Origin: Candidatus Limnocylindrales bacterium
Lineage (GTDB): Bacteria; Chloroflexota; Limnocylindria; Limnocylindrales; CSP1-4
Assembly: GCA_051306295.1 (NCBI GenBank)
Contig: JBPPMZ010000125.1
Span: 453 to 64,452 of the forward strand
Direction: 5' to 3'
DNA: 64,000 nt
Shown: positions 63,674 through 64,000 of the stretch, piece by piece
Numbering within the stretch: position 1 is the stretch's first letter
Layout of the letters: each line of letters starts with the position of its first letter
Notes under the pieces: generated by a model
Told to the model about the DNA's origin: nothing
The model's input: the letters and a program-made list of their open reading frames with translations, nothing else
The model's database searches: none
Translations under genes and position numbers: made by a program

Positions 63674-64000
63674 GCGCCGGCTGGCTCGGGTCGTGGCCAG
63701 CGCAGGGCCAGGTCGTCGAGGACGAGCTCGGGCGACACATTCGAGCGCAGCAGGAGGGCGGCTCGACCCAGGCGGTCCAGGAATCCGGTGACCGCGGACT
63801 CCGACAGGCGACTGGCCATCGCGGTGGACTCCTCGAGCAGGTCCATGCCGCGGACGTCCCGGCCGAGCCCGCGTTGGCATAGCGCCAGGTCGCGAGTCAC
63901 GTCGGTCCACAGGGCGACGAGGGACTCGGCCGCGCGTCGACGCTCGGTGGCAGGCGTCCGGATCGGCGCCAGCGCGTCGTCAACCGAGGCGGTCCCGCCG
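63670..64000 (-). CDS. C-terminal part of a DNA polymerase III delta-prime (HolB)-like protein, 5' end outside window
   Basis: The frame is open to the window edge. The helical C-terminal sequence ...LVALWTDVTRDLALCQ...LLLRSNVSPELVLDDLAL resembles the HolB C-terminal domain from memory. Confidence 0.35.
   Translation of the reverse strand, partial: GGTASVDDALAPIRTPATERRRAAESLVALWTDVTRDLALCQRGLGRDVRGMDLLEESTAMASRLSESAVTGFLDRLGRAALLLRSNVSPELVLDDLALRWPRPEPAGA

Overview
This is a 64-kb, gene-dense bacterial chromosomal segment that is very GC-rich (by eye around 70% G+C; not computed). It has frequent 4-nt ATGA/GTGA start-stop overlaps, many lipobox lipoproteins, an MMPL transporter, a PIG-L (mycothiol-type) deacetylase and leaderless-looking starts. 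Together these suggest an Actinomycetota-like monoderm, but that is inference only. Many long ORFs in the six-frame track are antisense or out-of-frame artefacts of the GC bias; about 60 genes are kept here. Layout: (1) 1-8.8 kb holds a partial S41 peptidase, lysine 2,3-aminomutase, a NUDIX hydrolase, and MMPL plus a CrtC/AttH-like lipoprotein. (2) 8.9-13.5 kb holds an Rrf2 regulator, an AT-rich inverted repeat, a cupredoxin-fused NirK lipoprotein and a translationally coupled polytopic membrane protein, followed by a Fur-family regulator and a ZIP transporter. (3) 13.6-20.4 kb holds ribokinase, an SDR, a CoA-transferase, PIG-L, a CapA-like protein and tRNA-Asp. (4) 20.5-28.3 kb is an envelope glycan cluster: sugar dehydrogenase, a 1063-aa multidomain glycosyltransferase, GT2, a WsaF-like GT and a CmcI-type methyltransferase. 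(5) 28.4-34.9 kb holds threonine aldolase, DUF885, a HisA-like protein, two cyclophilins, and a TAT multicopper oxidase behind a long structured leader. (6) At 34.96 kb sits tRNA-Arg(CCG), whose 3' end is repeated at 36.35 kb and 53.1 kb. Between the repeats lie an IS481 element and a ~17-kb accessory block. That block carries a LAL-type LuxR regulator, a DUF4242-like protein, a giant VWD-domain lipoprotein, further lipoproteins, a collagen-like protein and a Schlafen/AlbA_2 ATPase. It also carries three LuxR-HTH paralogs interleaved with a methyltransferase and a BBE-type FAD oxidase. (7) 53.1-60.5 kb is decayed accessory DNA: an NmrA pseudogene, marR-MFS-marR, and a truncated ISAzo13 transposase abutting a truncated aldo-keto reductase. 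(8) 60.6-64 kb holds an overlapping operon ending in thioesterase plus GNAT, an acylphosphatase and a partial holB-like gene. No rRNA, CRISPR array or phage structural genes were seen. The best candidate for an undescribed system is the tRNA-Arg-linked island cargo at 37.3-47 kb.
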